Positions 48,472 to 63,324 of a stretch of 64,000 nt of DNA are shown here, piece by piece. Made by a program: the position numbers and the translations under genes. The notes below the pieces were generated by a model. The model searched no databases. It worked only from the letters and a program-made list of their open reading frames with translations, and had not been told where the DNA came from. The stretch lies in NCBI GenBank assembly GCA_951406725.2, contig OX597819.1:101370001-101434000 (forward strand), given 5' to 3'. This stretch comes from Octopus vulgaris (lineage: Eukaryota). Position 1 is the first letter of the stretch, and the number at the start of each line of letters is the position of its first letter.

Positions 48472-49275
48472 TCTTGTCGTGTTTGTTCTTGTCGATATTC
48501 TTGTTCTTGTTTAAGAAAAGAAATATGACAATCTAAAAACAGAAATAAAGAATTTTAAAGGAAAAAAAAGCCTTTTTGGAAACGATCGAATTTGAACGCA
48601 TGAGAATTGCTTGAATTATATATTTCAAAACGAAATTTTAAAAACACAGCAAAAAAAAAAACATATATATATATATATATATATAAGTATAATATATATA
48701 AAGAAATATAATATATATAAAGAAATATAATAAATGTGATAAATAAATACCTAAACGCACCAAATCCTAGCTTCCATCTTGTTATAAATACCGAAATGAT
48801 AAAAATTTTAAATAACCAGAATATATGATAGAAAATGAAAATAGAATTGGATTCAATTTGTGTGAGATTTGACGCGCATGACTATTACAGATAGATGTTT
48901 TTGCAGGAGATGTCGTTACCTCTCATGTTGTTGTTATTGTGATTGTTATTAATGTTGTTGTTATGGATGTCATTGATGTTGATGTGACTGATGTTATCGT
49001 CGTCGTCGTCGTCGTAGTGGTGGTGGTTGTTGTTGTTGCTCTTGCTATTGTTGTTGTTGTTGTTGTTTGGTGATGATATATTCTTACGTCAGTGCGTGTG
49101 TTGTTGTGCATGTAATGCTTTGGTGTATATATATATATATACATATATCTATATATATCGAAATAAATATGCAAGTACATTTATCTGTGCACAACACATC
49201 CAAATATATATACACAAAACAGACACTCACACGCATAAAAGAACATAAAATATATATACATATACATATATATCT

Positions 49276-49311
<36 letters not shown>

Positions 49312-49359
49312 GCGCATATAGATATGTATATATATATATATGTATGTATACATTTATAT

Positions 49360-49410
<51 letters not shown>

Positions 49411-50419
49411 CATACATATATGTATATATGTATGTAATAATGCATGTATGTATGCATACGTGTGATATGATATAATATACACGATCAAACATACTATTTC
49501 CTTCTTGCCGACTAAATATTTTTTCATCCTTGTGCACATACATGTTTGTCATATAATCATAGACTTATGAATGCTTATATGTGCAATATTCGTTCTTATC
49601 GATACCATATATATATATAAACTTTTTTTTGGCGTACTTTGTTGTGCATGACGTTTAGTTTGCATCAGTACATATGTCTGTATATCATATGCTTTCAGTT
49701 CTGTGTTTTTCCGTATCAGCTTGTGTACGTGTTGGCGTGTGTATGTGTGTATGTACATGTACATATGTATGAGCATACGTGAGTTTGTGATTGTGTTTAT
49801 ATACGCAATATAAAATGATTATTTTAGCTCAGAATTTCTGAAGCTGAATATATTTTTATTGTATCCCTAATGTTGTATAAACTTGATAGTTTCTATCTAT
49901 AATTACTTTATATATTTGTATATATGTGCATGCATTTGTGTCTTTTTGCATGCCTGCGCGTGTGTGTTAGATATTCTATATAGTTTGGGCATGACTTTCC
50001 TCTTGTGTGTAATTGTATATACATATACATAGGAATTTATGCATATATCATAATGGAAATGTACCCTATATTAAAATATACATTAAGGACACATATTACT
50101 TGCTATAGAACTCAATATATAGTGTAGGAAAATATGCTTTAGCCAGAAAATCTCTTTACTTGATCAGCCACATACAGCCATAAAACAACTTTATCATTAA
50201 CAACAAGAAGCTATCTTCAGTCACACTCTGCAATTCTCCGACTTGCAATAATAATTCTAAAACGCTTACTGGTTATGGAAGTCTTTAATACGGGGAAATA
50301 TCAGCGAATGTATCTATCAAGTAAGGAATTCACTTATTCACTATGTAGCCTTAACACCAGTCAGTTGAGTTTCTTCATTAGCGAAAAATTTAGAAACTAA
50401 GGGTGATTGTGTGAGTGTG

Positions 50420-50472
<53 letters not shown>

Positions 50473-50823
50473 GGGGGGAGAGAAAGACAGACAGAGACAG
50501 AAAGAAATAGAAAAGTAAGAGTAGGTTTGAGATATATTTTCAAGAAGAACAATGTACAAGTAACGGGCAAAAATATATATTTATAGAATATACGATATAT
50601 AATGTCTTATCTCAACAGCTGTTTCACGAGACGAAACCTACTTAATAGCCATATTTATTCATAGGTGATATGTGCATGATATCATGAGTGTGCCCAGTGA
50701 AAAAGCACAGATAAAACTGTTACTGTAAGACAGGACACCCTACCTTTTCACAAATACTGTGGCAAATGCAACTCTGTCTGTGTGTGTGTGTGGAGGTGCG
50801 TGTGTGTGGAGGTGCGTGTGTGT

Positions 50824-50996
50824 GGAGGTGCGTGGCTTACTGGTTAGGGTGTTGCACTAATGGTGTTAGATTGTGGTTAAGAATCCTGGATTGGGTGATG
50901 TGCTGTGTTCTTGAGCAAAACATTACATGTCATGTTATTCTTGTCCAATCAGTTGCCAAGAATGAGTAACCCTACAACGGAACGGTATCTCATCCA
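50824..50996 (+). mobile_element. Decayed third SINE type (tRNA-like head, V-domain-like core)
   Basis: gcgtggcttactggttagggtg head; gtgttcttgagcaaaacatta; gtaaccctacaacgga. Confidence 0.45.
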
Positions 50997-52050
50997 TGTG
51001 TACACACACACACATTCGCGCGCGCACACATACACTCGCACAAACACACACACACACACACGTAATATTTGATAATATGTTATTGCATATTTTATAGAAC
51101 TGACGAAAATAGTATCAATTATATCACAGGCTAAATGGCACAGTACAGATATTTCATAACGACAAGTAATGACTCGTACAATGTAAAAACGGAGGAGATA
51201 TAACAATATATATACTATAAAACACCCTTGAGGGTATAACAAAAGGAGTGGTGTCTAGCAAGAGATTTGTGGGCCGAAAGCGAGACAAATTATGGTGTGT
51301 GTTTAGGTTCTGAGTTCCGCCGAATTCAAAATTGCCTGTCATCAAACTATTATAATTTTATCATGAATATCATCATCATAATCATCATCATCATTTCTTG
51401 CAAGTAAGGTTTAAACGACGGAATAATCGAAGTGTTGGAGTTAGAATAAGAGAAGAACAGTGCTTCGTGCTGCAGCACATTAGGAAGAGTAGCAACCAAA
51501 TCTCTGCTCAAGTCCCATTCTACCAAGTAATTTCTTTAGAACTACGTATGTAGCTGCCGTGCATAAAAAGTGGTAGTTCTATGTAAAATTAAAATTATTG
51601 TAGCCCCATCCGTCCTTGAACATGTCTAGTTGGGGATTATAAAAAATTAAAGGCGACAAAATATCTCTCCAGTCTCTCTAATCCCTCAGGAAAAACGTGA
51701 AAGACCATTAGACAACACAATAAATGATACAATAGAAATGATGGGACGGTCACGGCACGACTGTCATTGATAAGCAAGAGCTGAATCCAGTTTGATGTGG
51801 GGATTAGCAGCAATAACAATAAAGCCACCCGCCTAGAAATATAAGCTTAGTGTCTTTCAAACACCGCTTACTTTCTTACGCAAGAAGGTAAGATGTATAG
51901 GAAAAGTGACATGTTGGTCATGGATGGAATGTCTCTGAAGATGGCTGAACAATGTCTACACAGCAGAAAGAACACATTGTCACATCACTAAAACGCCTCT
52001 ATATTACTGCTGTTTTTTTTTGTGTTATTAATATTATTATGACACCTAAG

Positions 52051-52628
52051 GTAGGCAAGCAAACAGAATCGTTAACACGCCAGGTAAAATGCTTAGCGGT
52101 ATTTCGTCTGCCGCTACGTTCTGAGTTCAAATTCTGCCGAGGTCGATTTTGCCTTTCATCCTTTCGGGGTCGATAAATTAAGTACCAGTTACGCATTGGG
52201 ATCGATATAATCGACTTAATCCGTCTGTCTGTCCTTGTTTGTCTCCTCTGTGTTTAGCCCCTTGTGTGTAGTAAAGAAATAGGTATTTCGAACTTTGCTA
52301 CGTCCTGAGTTCAAAATCAGCCGTGGTCGACTTTGCCTTTCATCCTTTCGGAGTCGATAAAATAAGTACCAGTGGAGCACTGGAGTCGATATAATCGATT
52401 TAGCCCCATTCCCCAAAATTACTGGCCTGGTATCAAAATTTGAAGCCAATATCATTATGAAACCTAACGTAGGCAAGCTAGCAGAATCGTTAGCACGCCG
52501 GGAAAAATGTTTAGCGTCTTTAAGTTTTGAGTTCAATTCTGCTGAGGCCAAGTTTGCCGTTCATTCTTTAGGGGTTGATAAAATAAGCACCAGTTTAAAT
52601 TGCTGGCCTTGTGCCAAAATTTGAAACC
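52051..52628 (+). mobile_element. Array of SINE-A units with both tail types
   Basis: Head+body+tail1 joined at gaaatag|gtatttcg to body+tail2, followed by another head+tail2 copy. Confidence 0.85.
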
Positions 52629-53158
52629 TATATTATTTTGACACCTTTTATAATTCTACAACCACCACCAAACAACGAGAACAATGCAGCCGACAATATC
52701 CCCAGTATCATAACCAACACCGACACCATCACTTGTTACAGCTAACACAATAGTTATTAGCACTACTACTATCATTATTACTAATAATAATAGTACTATT
52801 ACTATCACTACTGCTGCTGCTGTATCAGTGCAAACATCAAACTATTGTTGAACAAAGTAAAAATGTTTAAATTCACCGTTTAATCAACAGTATTAGCACA
52901 ACAGAAGCAACAAAAGCACCGACGAGGTCGACGACAGCAACGACAACCGAAACATCATTACATACGAAAAACAGTAGGCACAATAGCAGTACCATTAGCA
53001 GCAACAAACCAAAATTCAATACCATTAACTATTAGCTATTAACCACAACAATATCACTAGCACTAACAGCCAGCCAGCCAGCCAGCCATGTTATCGTCTT
53101 TACTGGTTTTGAAAGAAAATTTACTGACAAAGGTAGAACAAACGCTTAAGAACACCAA

Positions 53159-53233
53159 TGAAGAAGAAGAAGAAGAAGAAGAAGAAGAAGAAGAAGAAGA
53201 AGAAGAAGAAGAAGAAGAAGAAGAAGAAGAAGA
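53159..53233. repeat. (GAA)n
   Basis: Direct reading. Confidence 0.97.
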
Positions 53234-54074
53234 AACCGTGCTAACATGTTGATTGCTGTAATGTTTAGGCATCCCCTACATAACACACCTTTGGCATTGA
53301 GATGGAGGCCACCTAAGACGTCTAATTTTTATATTATCTTTAAAAATGATTATATTTATCTTTTTATTTTACTATTTTTATTTTCAATTTTCATTTTCTA
53401 TTTTTTTACATTTATTTCGATTTTTTTATTTTCCTTTTCTATATTTCATTTTTATTTAAAATTTTTCTAACACACCAACCTGCTTGACAATAGCGACGTA
53501 CGCAAGTATTTTACTGGTTTATTTCAGTGAAATTCATTAACGCATGTTTTAGTTGTTATTGTTGTTGTTGTTGTTGTAGTAGTTAATAGCCTTGTTATTG
53601 TTGTTGTGTTGGCGATTGGTAACGTTGTTACCGTTTGACAGATATCGCTTGTTGTGGGTTGACTTTCTACCTATTTAATCTGCCCCCAACAAGCACACCT
53701 ATAAGAAACAGATACCCAAGCACCACCACCACAACCACCACCACCATCAGCGACAACACCACCATCACCATCAACACCAGCATCACCACCAACAAAAACA
53801 GCAACAACAACACCCAAAAGGAATATGTACGGTGTCGCAATAGCAAAATAAGTCAGCGTCCTAAATTTTGTAGTCCCACGCTATCATGATAATAGCAACA
53901 CATAAATACCACTACATGAACACACGTATTAATATACACATACACATACACAGACACATACACACATCCATCCATCCATCCGTTCATCCATCCATCCATC
54001 CATCCATCCATACATCCATCCATCCATCCATCCATCCATGCATACATGCATACATACATACATACATACATACA

Positions 54075-54105
<31 letters not shown>

Positions 54106-54321
54106 GTAGACAAACAACAAGCGAACGGACAAAGGAACAAACGGTCGATGACCCAAAATACGGAAAAAAAAGCTATCACAGTTTTAATAGAATAAAGATA
54201 AAGCAAAATTAACCCAAAAAAAGCTACAGTAAAGCAACAAAATGAACAAAAAAATGTAAATGTGCCACTAGCAAATCTACCACCCCCACCACCACCACTG
54301 TCAAAACTACTACTACTGCTG

Positions 54322-54386
<65 letters not shown>

Positions 54387-54844
54387 GCTAACATTAGCAG
54401 TTATTGTATTCTTTGTACCAAGACATGTTGCACCATCAAAAAAATATATGCAAGTTAGTGTGTTAAAATGTAAAATACCTATTATTGAAATGTGCCAAAA
54501 GGTTTGGTTGTCCTATTTTTTTTTTCTTACTGGAAGAATGAAAATAGATGATACGTCGCTGTAATGTTTTATCAAAGTGACAGACGGCTAATGAGGTATC
54601 TACGAAATAATGGATGCGTCGTCTGAATTTGACTGCCAATCGCTGTTTCAATATGCATTTAATTTATCTTTCATTTTTAAAATGCATTTTGGAATCTTTA
54701 TGTGTGTGTGTGTATGTAAACATGTATGTATGCAAGTTTTTTTATGTATTATGCATGTATGTCCATACATATGTACGTATGTATGTCCGTAACTATGAAC
54801 GTACTCATATACATATGTACGTATGTATATAATACATGCATACA

Positions 54845-54924
<80 letters not shown>

Positions 54925-54926
<2 letters not shown>

Positions 54927-55539
54927 CTCTTTTACTTGTTTCAGTCATTTGACGCAGGCCATGCTGGAGTACCGCCCTTACTAGAGCAAATCGACCCCAG
55001 GACTTATTCATAGGAAGCTTAGTACTTATTCTATCGTTCTCTTTTGCCGAACCACTAAGTTACGGGGAGGGAAACACACCAGCACCGGTTGTCAAGCGAT
55101 GTTGGAGGGACAAACACAGACACACAAACACACACTAACACATATACCCATACATACATACATATATATATATATATATTTAAAAAAGGAGATGTGGAAC
55201 ACGAGTTGTGATATATAAAAAGGAAATGAAGAAAAATGCTGACAAAATAATTTAAGTAATTTAAGTAATTTAATTAGGTGAAAGTTCTTTTTACCGGTTG
55301 CGCATTTGTTATGCTTATCAAAAAATATTTTTTAAAGAGAGATTAGAGTTCCTTTTCTGATAGATTTTTTCGTCTTATCCTCAGATAAGAGGAAAACATC
55401 TATCAGAAAAGGAACTCTAATCTCTCTTTAAAAAACATATTTTGATAAGCATAACAAATGCGCAACCGGTAAAAAGAAATTTCACCTAATTAAATTACTT
55501 AAATTACTTAAATTATTTTGTCAGCATTTTCTTCATTTC

Positions 55540-55605
<66 letters not shown>

Positions 55606-55782
55606 CACACAAATATATATACGAACGGCTTCTTTTAGCTTCCGTCTACCAAATCCTCTCACAAGGCTTTGGTCGGCCCGAGGCTATAGTAGAAGACACT
55701 TACCCAAGGTTCCACGCAGTGTGACTGAACCCAGAACCATGTGGTTGGTAAGCAAGTTACTTACCACACAGCCACTCCTGCA
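54925..55782 (-). mobile_element. SINE-B split by a foldback insertion (halves 54925-55135 and 55620-55782)
   Basis: Both halves are colinear on the minus strand. Confidence 0.85.
55211..55549. repeat. ~340-bp near-perfect palindrome with 4-nt loop (55380-55383)
   Basis: Arms are reverse complements: aggaaatgaagaaaa..tcttatc-ctca-gataaga..ttttcttcatttcct. Confidence 0.96.
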
Positions 55783-55789
55783 TACATAC

Positions 55790-57482
55790 TTATACAAACG
55801 TCCATATATTACATCAATTACACTGACATTACCAAAGAGGTTGTATTGTCAGCCGTTGATGAGCTAAGCCCAAACTCTGCAACAGACCCAGATGGACTCT
55901 CAGCAATTCTCATACAAACATACAAGAAAGCTCTTGCAAATGATTTTCCATAGTTCTCTTGAATGCGGCACATCTCCTCAAACGTTAAAAGAAGGAATAA
56001 TCTGCCCTGTCCTGAAAGGTGGAAGCAAAACTGATGTAATATGCTACAGGCCTATCTTCCTGAACTCGCGTATCAACAAGATCATGGGACGTATTGTCAG
56101 AAAAAGACTGATCACGTTCCTAGAGGATATTTATTTGCTTACAGACACGCAAAATGGTTTCCGTACTGGAAGGAGCTGCCTAACACATTTACTACAGCAC
56201 TTCGACTGGATACTAAAACAACAGCTCAACCATTCAAATGTAGATGTGATATATCTCGACTTTGCAAAGGCCTTTGAAGGAAGTCGATCATGGGATGATA
56301 TGTCAAAATTGCGTGACCTCGGTATCGCTGGTAGACTGGGAGAGTGACTGCATGATTTCCTGAAGGGCAGAAGTCAGTCTCTCACAGCAAATGGTGCCTT
56401 CTCTGAAGTGACACCAATCCTCCAGAGAACAATGCTGGACCCACTACTGTTTGTGGTTGTTCTCTCGGACATGCCCTCAGCCACAAATTCAGTCACACTC
56501 ACCAGCTACACCGATGATACAAAAGTATCACAGGCGATCAAAGATCCTACAGACATCCTAAGACTGCAAAATAACCTGAACGCAATGTATAAATGGGTTG
56601 ATGAGTATAATATGCAGTTCAATGGCGCAAAACTTCAATCACTCCGCTATCAGCCCAGAAACAAACTACAGCTGAAGTACACGAGACCAGCAGGCAATTT
56701 AATCCGACTTACGTGATCTGGGAATCCACATGAGCAACGGCGCAAATTTCCATGTGCATATTGCTCAGATGGCAACACTATGCAGGCGGGTGGCACGTTG
56801 GGTCCTAACATCCTTCAGGTCCAGGAGCAGAGACACAATGCTTCTGCTATGGAGAACCTTTGTCCTCAGTCCTCTGGGCTATTGCTCTTAACAGTGGTCC
56901 CAACAGAGCGTAAAATTAATTGCCGAACTAGAAGCGAGTCAACGGCACCACGCAAAGAAGATAGACAAGATAGACTCAGTAAAATACATGGGTTACTTAC
57001 TGGTAGAGGTTGAAGAAACTGGGAATCTACTTACTGGAGAGGAGACGTGAGAGATATGCAGTACTATACATACGGAAAATAATGGAGGGTTTAGCTCCAA
57101 ATTTTGGAATCGAAATCTAAAAAAAAAAAAAAACCGAACTGGACGTCATTGCACAGTACCAAAGATCCCATCTTCTCCATCGAGGATACGAACCCAGTAT
57201 TGTAATAGCTTGGGATTCAAGAGACCATAACTTTTCAACGTCCTACCACAGAACATCAGGGATCTGCCAGGTGTAGACATGGAAGTCTTCAAAACACATC
57301 TAGACAGTTTTTTTATCCACAAATCCGGATGAACCCACATTGCGACAGGAGGCACAAAGAAGAGCGGCAAGCGGCAATTTCAAACACCCTACTTCATCAG
57401 AAGCAATACTGGAAAAATCCCCGGATGCAGTAAACACAGTGCACTAGCGTGGTCTCAGCCTCTGGCTGAAACACAATGAAGA
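55790..57482 (+). mobile_element. 5'-truncated CR1/L2-group LINE (decayed RT to 3' tail)
   Basis: YRPIFLNS..K; QNGFRTGRSC; DVIYLDFAKAF; YTDDTK; MQFNGAK; LERRRERY; tail stem-loop cagcc-tct-ggctgaaac. Confidence 0.93.
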
Positions 57483-57487
57483 TAATA

Positions 57488-57547
<60 letters not shown>

Positions 57548-57707
57548 CATACATAATATATACATCTATGTGTGTGTGTGTGTATAAGTTAAAGGAAGAG
57601 GAAAACAAAACCAAAGCAAGACAAGCTTATTAGACCAATTAAAATATTTTAATTAATGTAACTTATGTAAAGGAGAATCAAAGTCTGGAAAAGTAGAAGA
57701 TATTATA

Positions 57708-59008
57708 CAGGATGTGGCAGAAAGGTTTCCCTTATTTTAAAGGTTAATAAAAAAAGCAAGTACATGAAGGTACAAGAAAATAATTTATATGTCTATAAAG
57801 TGAATTAAATTCCATTGTGAGTCAAGTGGTTATAAAACATTTTGTCACCTAAGTGGTGACCGCCAGTGTCGTTGCAGTTTTGATGTCTCTTTCGAAAGTT
57901 CACCATAGGACTTTGAACCATGTCCCGTGGAATCGCATTGATTTCCTGAGTTATTGCGACCTTTAAATCTTCTGCAGTTTCTGGCCGATGTTGATGCACT
58001 TGTGATTCGAGGTGCCCCCCCATAGTAAAAACTCACATGGGAACGGGGAGGGCATCCAAGATCACCTCACAGAGAAACAAGATGACCCGGAAACATGTCA
58101 CGGAGGACTCCGAGTGAACGTCGAGAAGTATGCGATGTGGCACCATCTTGTTGGAACCATAGATCATCCGGACCATGATCAGCGAGTAACTGGTCGAATT
58201 TTGGACGGAGAAACATTTCGACCAGTTCACAATAACAGCTACTGTAACACCTTCCTCTTCGAAAAAATAACGCCGAAATCGGAGGGGGGTGGCAACCAGA
58301 TAGCAACCTTCGCACTATAGAGTTGAGTTCACGAGGGTTTTTGTCTGACCAACATCGAAAGTTTTGTTTATTAACCATCCCCGAGAAATGGAAGTGCGCT
58401 TTATCACTGCAAATCAGAACAGCTGTTGGGAGGATGGTCTGGAGAATGTCTTGACACAAAGTTGCGCAGGTTTCATAATCTCTTTCGCTGAATTCCTGTT
58501 CGACCATTATCCTGTAGGGATTCATGTGGAGGGACATTTGTAAGATTCTGCGAACACTTCGATCCGACTTGTATAAGGCAGATGCGTATTTTCTTGCGGA
58601 ATATCTGGGAGACTGTTGTATTGAAGCTACCACAGCTACGGCATTTTCAGGCCATATAGCTGTCCTAGGACGATCAGAACTTTTCCTGTTTAAATCTAAT
58701 GATGTTTGTCTAAAGTTGGAAGCCTAACAACGAATTGTTTTTCCATCAGGTAAAAAATCATGACGACGAAGCGCAAAGTGTCTTCGGAAGGAACGTTGCG
58801 GCGTTACAACAGATTCTCCGTTCTTAACAAATTCTTCAACAACAAATACATGATGTTTTCCAATCCATGACATAGTGGTTGCTACCTGAAACAGAAAAAA
58901 AAATGGCATTTAATGAACTTCATAGAAATACAAAGGCTTTTCATGCAGCTTCATGTGTTTCTTTTTTTATTAATCTTTGAAGTCGGGCAGTTTTTCTGCC
59001 ACACTTTT
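57708..59008 (-). mobile_element. Tc1/mariner DD41D (rosa/Visitor-like) fossil with TIRs
   Basis: TIRs TA|caggatgtggcagaaa.. and ..tttctgccacac; pseudo-ORF from 58873 MSW..QRSFRRHF, SDKAHFHFSGMVNKQNFRCW, WFQQDGATSH, PPRS-(PDLT deleted)-PCEF. Confidence 0.88.
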
Positions 59009-61145
59009 ATATATGTAATCTATTGATAAATAAACTTAGCATTTCTGTTCAGTTTTCACTTAACTAAACGTCTGGTTAATGTGTTTCTTCGAAAAACAGA
59101 AAGTATCATTACGGCGAGTCACAATACTAATCTATCTAAATATCCTGTCAGTATTTCCACATAATTCGGACGCAAAGATTGGCTTTTGGTGTGTGCTGGT
59201 TATATTAGTAAATATCAATGAAAAAAATGCATAAATGTAAATAAGGTGAAATAATGTCACAAATTCCATTCATATAAAACGAATTACATGCAGGGATTTT
59301 CATAACTGCTAGAAAAAATATTCTGTTATTTCGGAGGAAATTTACAGAGATATAATACGCTTTTAAAATATTCTTTAACCTTGGTGCTATAATTTAACAT
59401 GCTGGCAATAAAATGTAACGTAACGATATTAGTCCTCAAGTAAAATATCGTCTATCATCCGAGCAAGTAGGGGACTTAATATCGTTTAACCGAACTAAAC
59501 CACTTACAAGACAGCACTGAAATCAGTTGGGTTATATGGTGTAGGCAATACGCTGTTGTGTCAGTCACAAAAAATCCCTACAGACCAAAGTAATAGTCTT
59601 CTGTGTAGCTCGCCAATTTTCAATCTATCCTAATTATTTCATGACCTAATCCGCACTTTTAACTGTTCGCCATTCTATCGATATGGCTTTTATAGCCCCT
59701 GTCTTAACTGATAATAACCACCATTAGAGGCCTCTAAGCTTTAACCAACATAATCCGAAGGATATAGGTCACGTGGTACAATTAAAATATAATTTATCGC
59801 ACTAGATCGTCCATAAAAATAAACAAACGAACATAACGAAAATAGAAAAAAAATAATGAAAGGCAGTGAACGAAATGAAAGTAAAAGATGGAAAAAAAAA
59901 GAAAAGAGAAAAGAGGAAGAAATGGTGAACAAGAAAAGGAAGAAATGAAGAATAGTGCAAGAAAGCAAGAATATGAAGAATACGAAAATGAATGATGAGA
60001 GCTGACATTGATTGCAATAAAACCAGGAATGAGGGATTTAAAACTATCAAGAATGGTGCTTGTGCGAAAGTCATACCATATATTTATTGGGCTACGATAA
60101 TCATCGAGGAATTAAGAGAGTCAGAGAAGCGTTTTGTTTTCCAAATCGGATGGATTGAAGCTAAATTATTCGTGCAAACAAAGAAATGCCGATTTCTGTT
60201 GTTCGCTTTATCTCTCCGTCCACCTCCGCGTTCTCTGTCACTGGTTATATATGTGTGTATTTGTGTGTATGTGTGTGTGTGATTGTGTGTGTATGCACGC
60301 GTTAGTGTATGTGTGTTTGTTTGAGGACACGCGTTATGTGGGCGTGTGTGTGAGTATGTGTGGGTGTGTATTTATGTTTTTTCAGTGTCTCTGGCGATCT
60401 ATCTCTCTGTCTGTCAGTGCATCTATCTAAATACCTATCTAGCTCTAAAGTTTGGTTTATCCATCTTTCTATTCATCTAAATGTTATCTACACGCATAGC
60501 TGTATATATGTCTGCTTATCTGCAACTACTTCTGTCTATGTCTATATGTCTGCTAATTTCTCTATATATCTATATAACACAGTGTATTTGTCTATATATC
60601 CAATTATCCTGTCTTTTTTCTCTTCCTGCCTCTCCTTCTTTCTTTCTATTTCTTTCTCTTTTTCTTTGTAGTCATATGCTGGTGTATATACATACATACA
60701 TGCATGCATACATACAGAAATACATACATACATGCATGCCTAAATATACACACACATACACACAAGCATTAACACGCACGCGCGCACGCAAACACACCTA
60801 CACATATATATATGTGTGTGTGTGCATGTATATATATTTATACAAGTGCATGTGTGTGAGTGCGTAACTAATTGTACTAATACGTTACCTCAAAGGTTGT
60901 TTTAGGCCCCATATTCGTGTGTTTGTATGTATGTATATATGTATGCATAAGTAGAAAGGCATATAAAAAATATGATATAATATTAAACAATATGATATAT
61001 ATATATATATATATATATATATCAATTAGTCAATTTAGGGTAGCAAAAAAAATTCAATAGAAATTTATCGCTACCAGCGGCCCAGGTTATTATATATATA
61101 ATAACCTAATACATACATACACACACACACACAAACACACACATT

Positions 61146-61279
61146 TGTAAGAAAATTGCTTCCCAACCACATACTTCCGGGTTCAATCCCATTGCGTGGA
61201 ACCTTGGGCAAGTGGCTTCTACTATAGCTTCGGGCCAACCGAAGTGGATTTGTTAGAGGGAAACTGAAAGAAACCCGTC

Positions 61280-61329
<50 letters not shown>

Positions 61330-62910
61330 TCATATACATATATGTATGTATGTATGTATACTAGCAAACCCCCCCCCGTCCATTGGACGGTTTGTATTGG
61401 TGAAGAGGGTTAACTTGGACGGTGTTAAGTTGTGGAGATATTTGGTGATTGTATGGGATGTTACTTTTGAGACGTTAAAATTGTTGTCTGTTTCTTCTAA
61501 ATAAGGAAAATTGATTGATGATAAATCTTAACACAGTGAACCTTTTCAAAATTGTCATGAGGCCAATAAAATGAAGGGAAAGCTGTTCAGCCCACAATAT
61601 ATACAACTTCCAATGGAATCGGACATCATAATTAACCTTAAACTTTTTGCACTCAAACACTTTCACATTAGGATATGCACAATATACTCTTCCATAGTAC
61701 ATATCTCATGTTGAAACCTATACCTCAGACTGAACGCTGTTTTATCTCCAAAGTGAATATTAGAAGTGATATTTATGCAATAAACAGTTCTTTGGATATT
61801 GCATTTGAGGAATGTTGCTTTACGTACTTTATTTCAATTTTCACTGGCGTAGTGGTAAGAACTGCGGGATAAGTAACATTAGTTTCGAATAAAAATATAA
61901 ATGGAAGTTTTAATCACCCGATGGACAGGCAAAGAGAAACTGCAACTCAATAAAGGCGCAAAAATGCTTAAGGAAGTCTCTCTTCTCTCAAAAACTGACA
62001 CAAAACAAGTTGAAACTCGGGGGTGAAATAACATAATGTGCAATAAAATAATATAAGCATGTTGTCTGCAAATCAATTTTATCACAAAAATTGGACAATG
62101 CCGCTTATTTTTTAAAGTTGGATGAGAAAAGTTAGGCAAGGTTTTAGATGTAAACTCCCCCACAAAAAAACTTAAAATAACTGCATTTTCCTAGTTTCAT
62201 GTCAGCTGGTTTATTGCACGTTAAACAGCCGTAAGAACACCTTGACTGCGAATGCACGTGTTTGATTACAGTTAATTAAAGTTAGAGTGATATCGATTTT
62301 TTTAGCCGCTTACAAACGTGTGAAAACGCAGAAATGAATACAGTTGTTCGTGGTCTAATATTTAAATCAAATTGAGACTCAATTTACAAAAAGCAAGCTG
62401 TATATACATATATCTGTTATTTAAATGTGAAAACGTAGAAATGAATTGTTTAGAACGCCGGTTAATGAAGAGGATTGCGGAAGAAACAGGACAACCAGAT
62501 TGCAAAAATAGCAATTCTTACTTTGAAACTGACAATTTTGAAAATCTTTTTAGATTACGGAAAGCCTCCGCTCTCTCATGTATCCATGGTTGAAATTTCA
62601 GCGCGATCGGATGAACAATACTCGAGTTACAAGCGCACAAAAAATAGACAGACAGAACGGGATTTATATATTAGATATATATGTATATATATTTATATTT
62701 ATATTTATATTTATAAGTATTTCTGTTTGTGTTTGTCTCCCAACCATCGCTTGACAACTGATGTTGGTGTGTTTACCTCCTCGTAACGTAGGGGTTCGGC
62801 AAAATACATCGATAGAATAAATGCGAGGCTTACAAATAATAAGTTCTGAGGTCAAATTTTGCGACTACGGCTCTGCATGGCCGCAATCAAATGACTAAAA
62901 TAAGTAACAG
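61146..62910 (+). mobile_element. SINE-B split by Helitron 3 (halves 61146-61282 and 62715-62910)
   Basis: Colinear halves flank the Helitron within the internal microsatellite. Confidence 0.82.
61361..62675 (-). mobile_element. Non-autonomous Helitron 3 (1315 bp) with complex internal cargo
   Basis: Minus strand A|TCtaatatataaatc...hairpin ccgtcc-aat-ggacgg..CTAG|T; no TSD. Confidence 0.85.
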
Positions 62911-62938
62911 AAATATATAGATATACATATATACATAC

Positions 62939-63031
<93 letters not shown>

Positions 63032-63265
63032 CATACGTACATACATACCTCCAGAGAGGTATGGCTCTTTTTTCTTTTATGTGATGTTTAAACCGAAGTC
63101 AGTCTTGACCTAAAGTTCCAATGAAAGAATACGTTCCTTATGTAACCACTTTGTCTCTGTGCACACTTGTGATTAAAGCCTTCATGTGTTATACCACCGT
63201 AGAGTGTATGACGGAGATTTGTTTGAATAGATCTATGACGAAAGTCCGTCTAGAAATATATGTAT

Positions 63266-63324
<59 letters not shown>

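Noticed and set aside
55892-56716. Active reverse transcriptase gene
   Set aside because: Multiple stops, frameshifts and deletions, and no endonuclease; all TE ORFs in the window are broken
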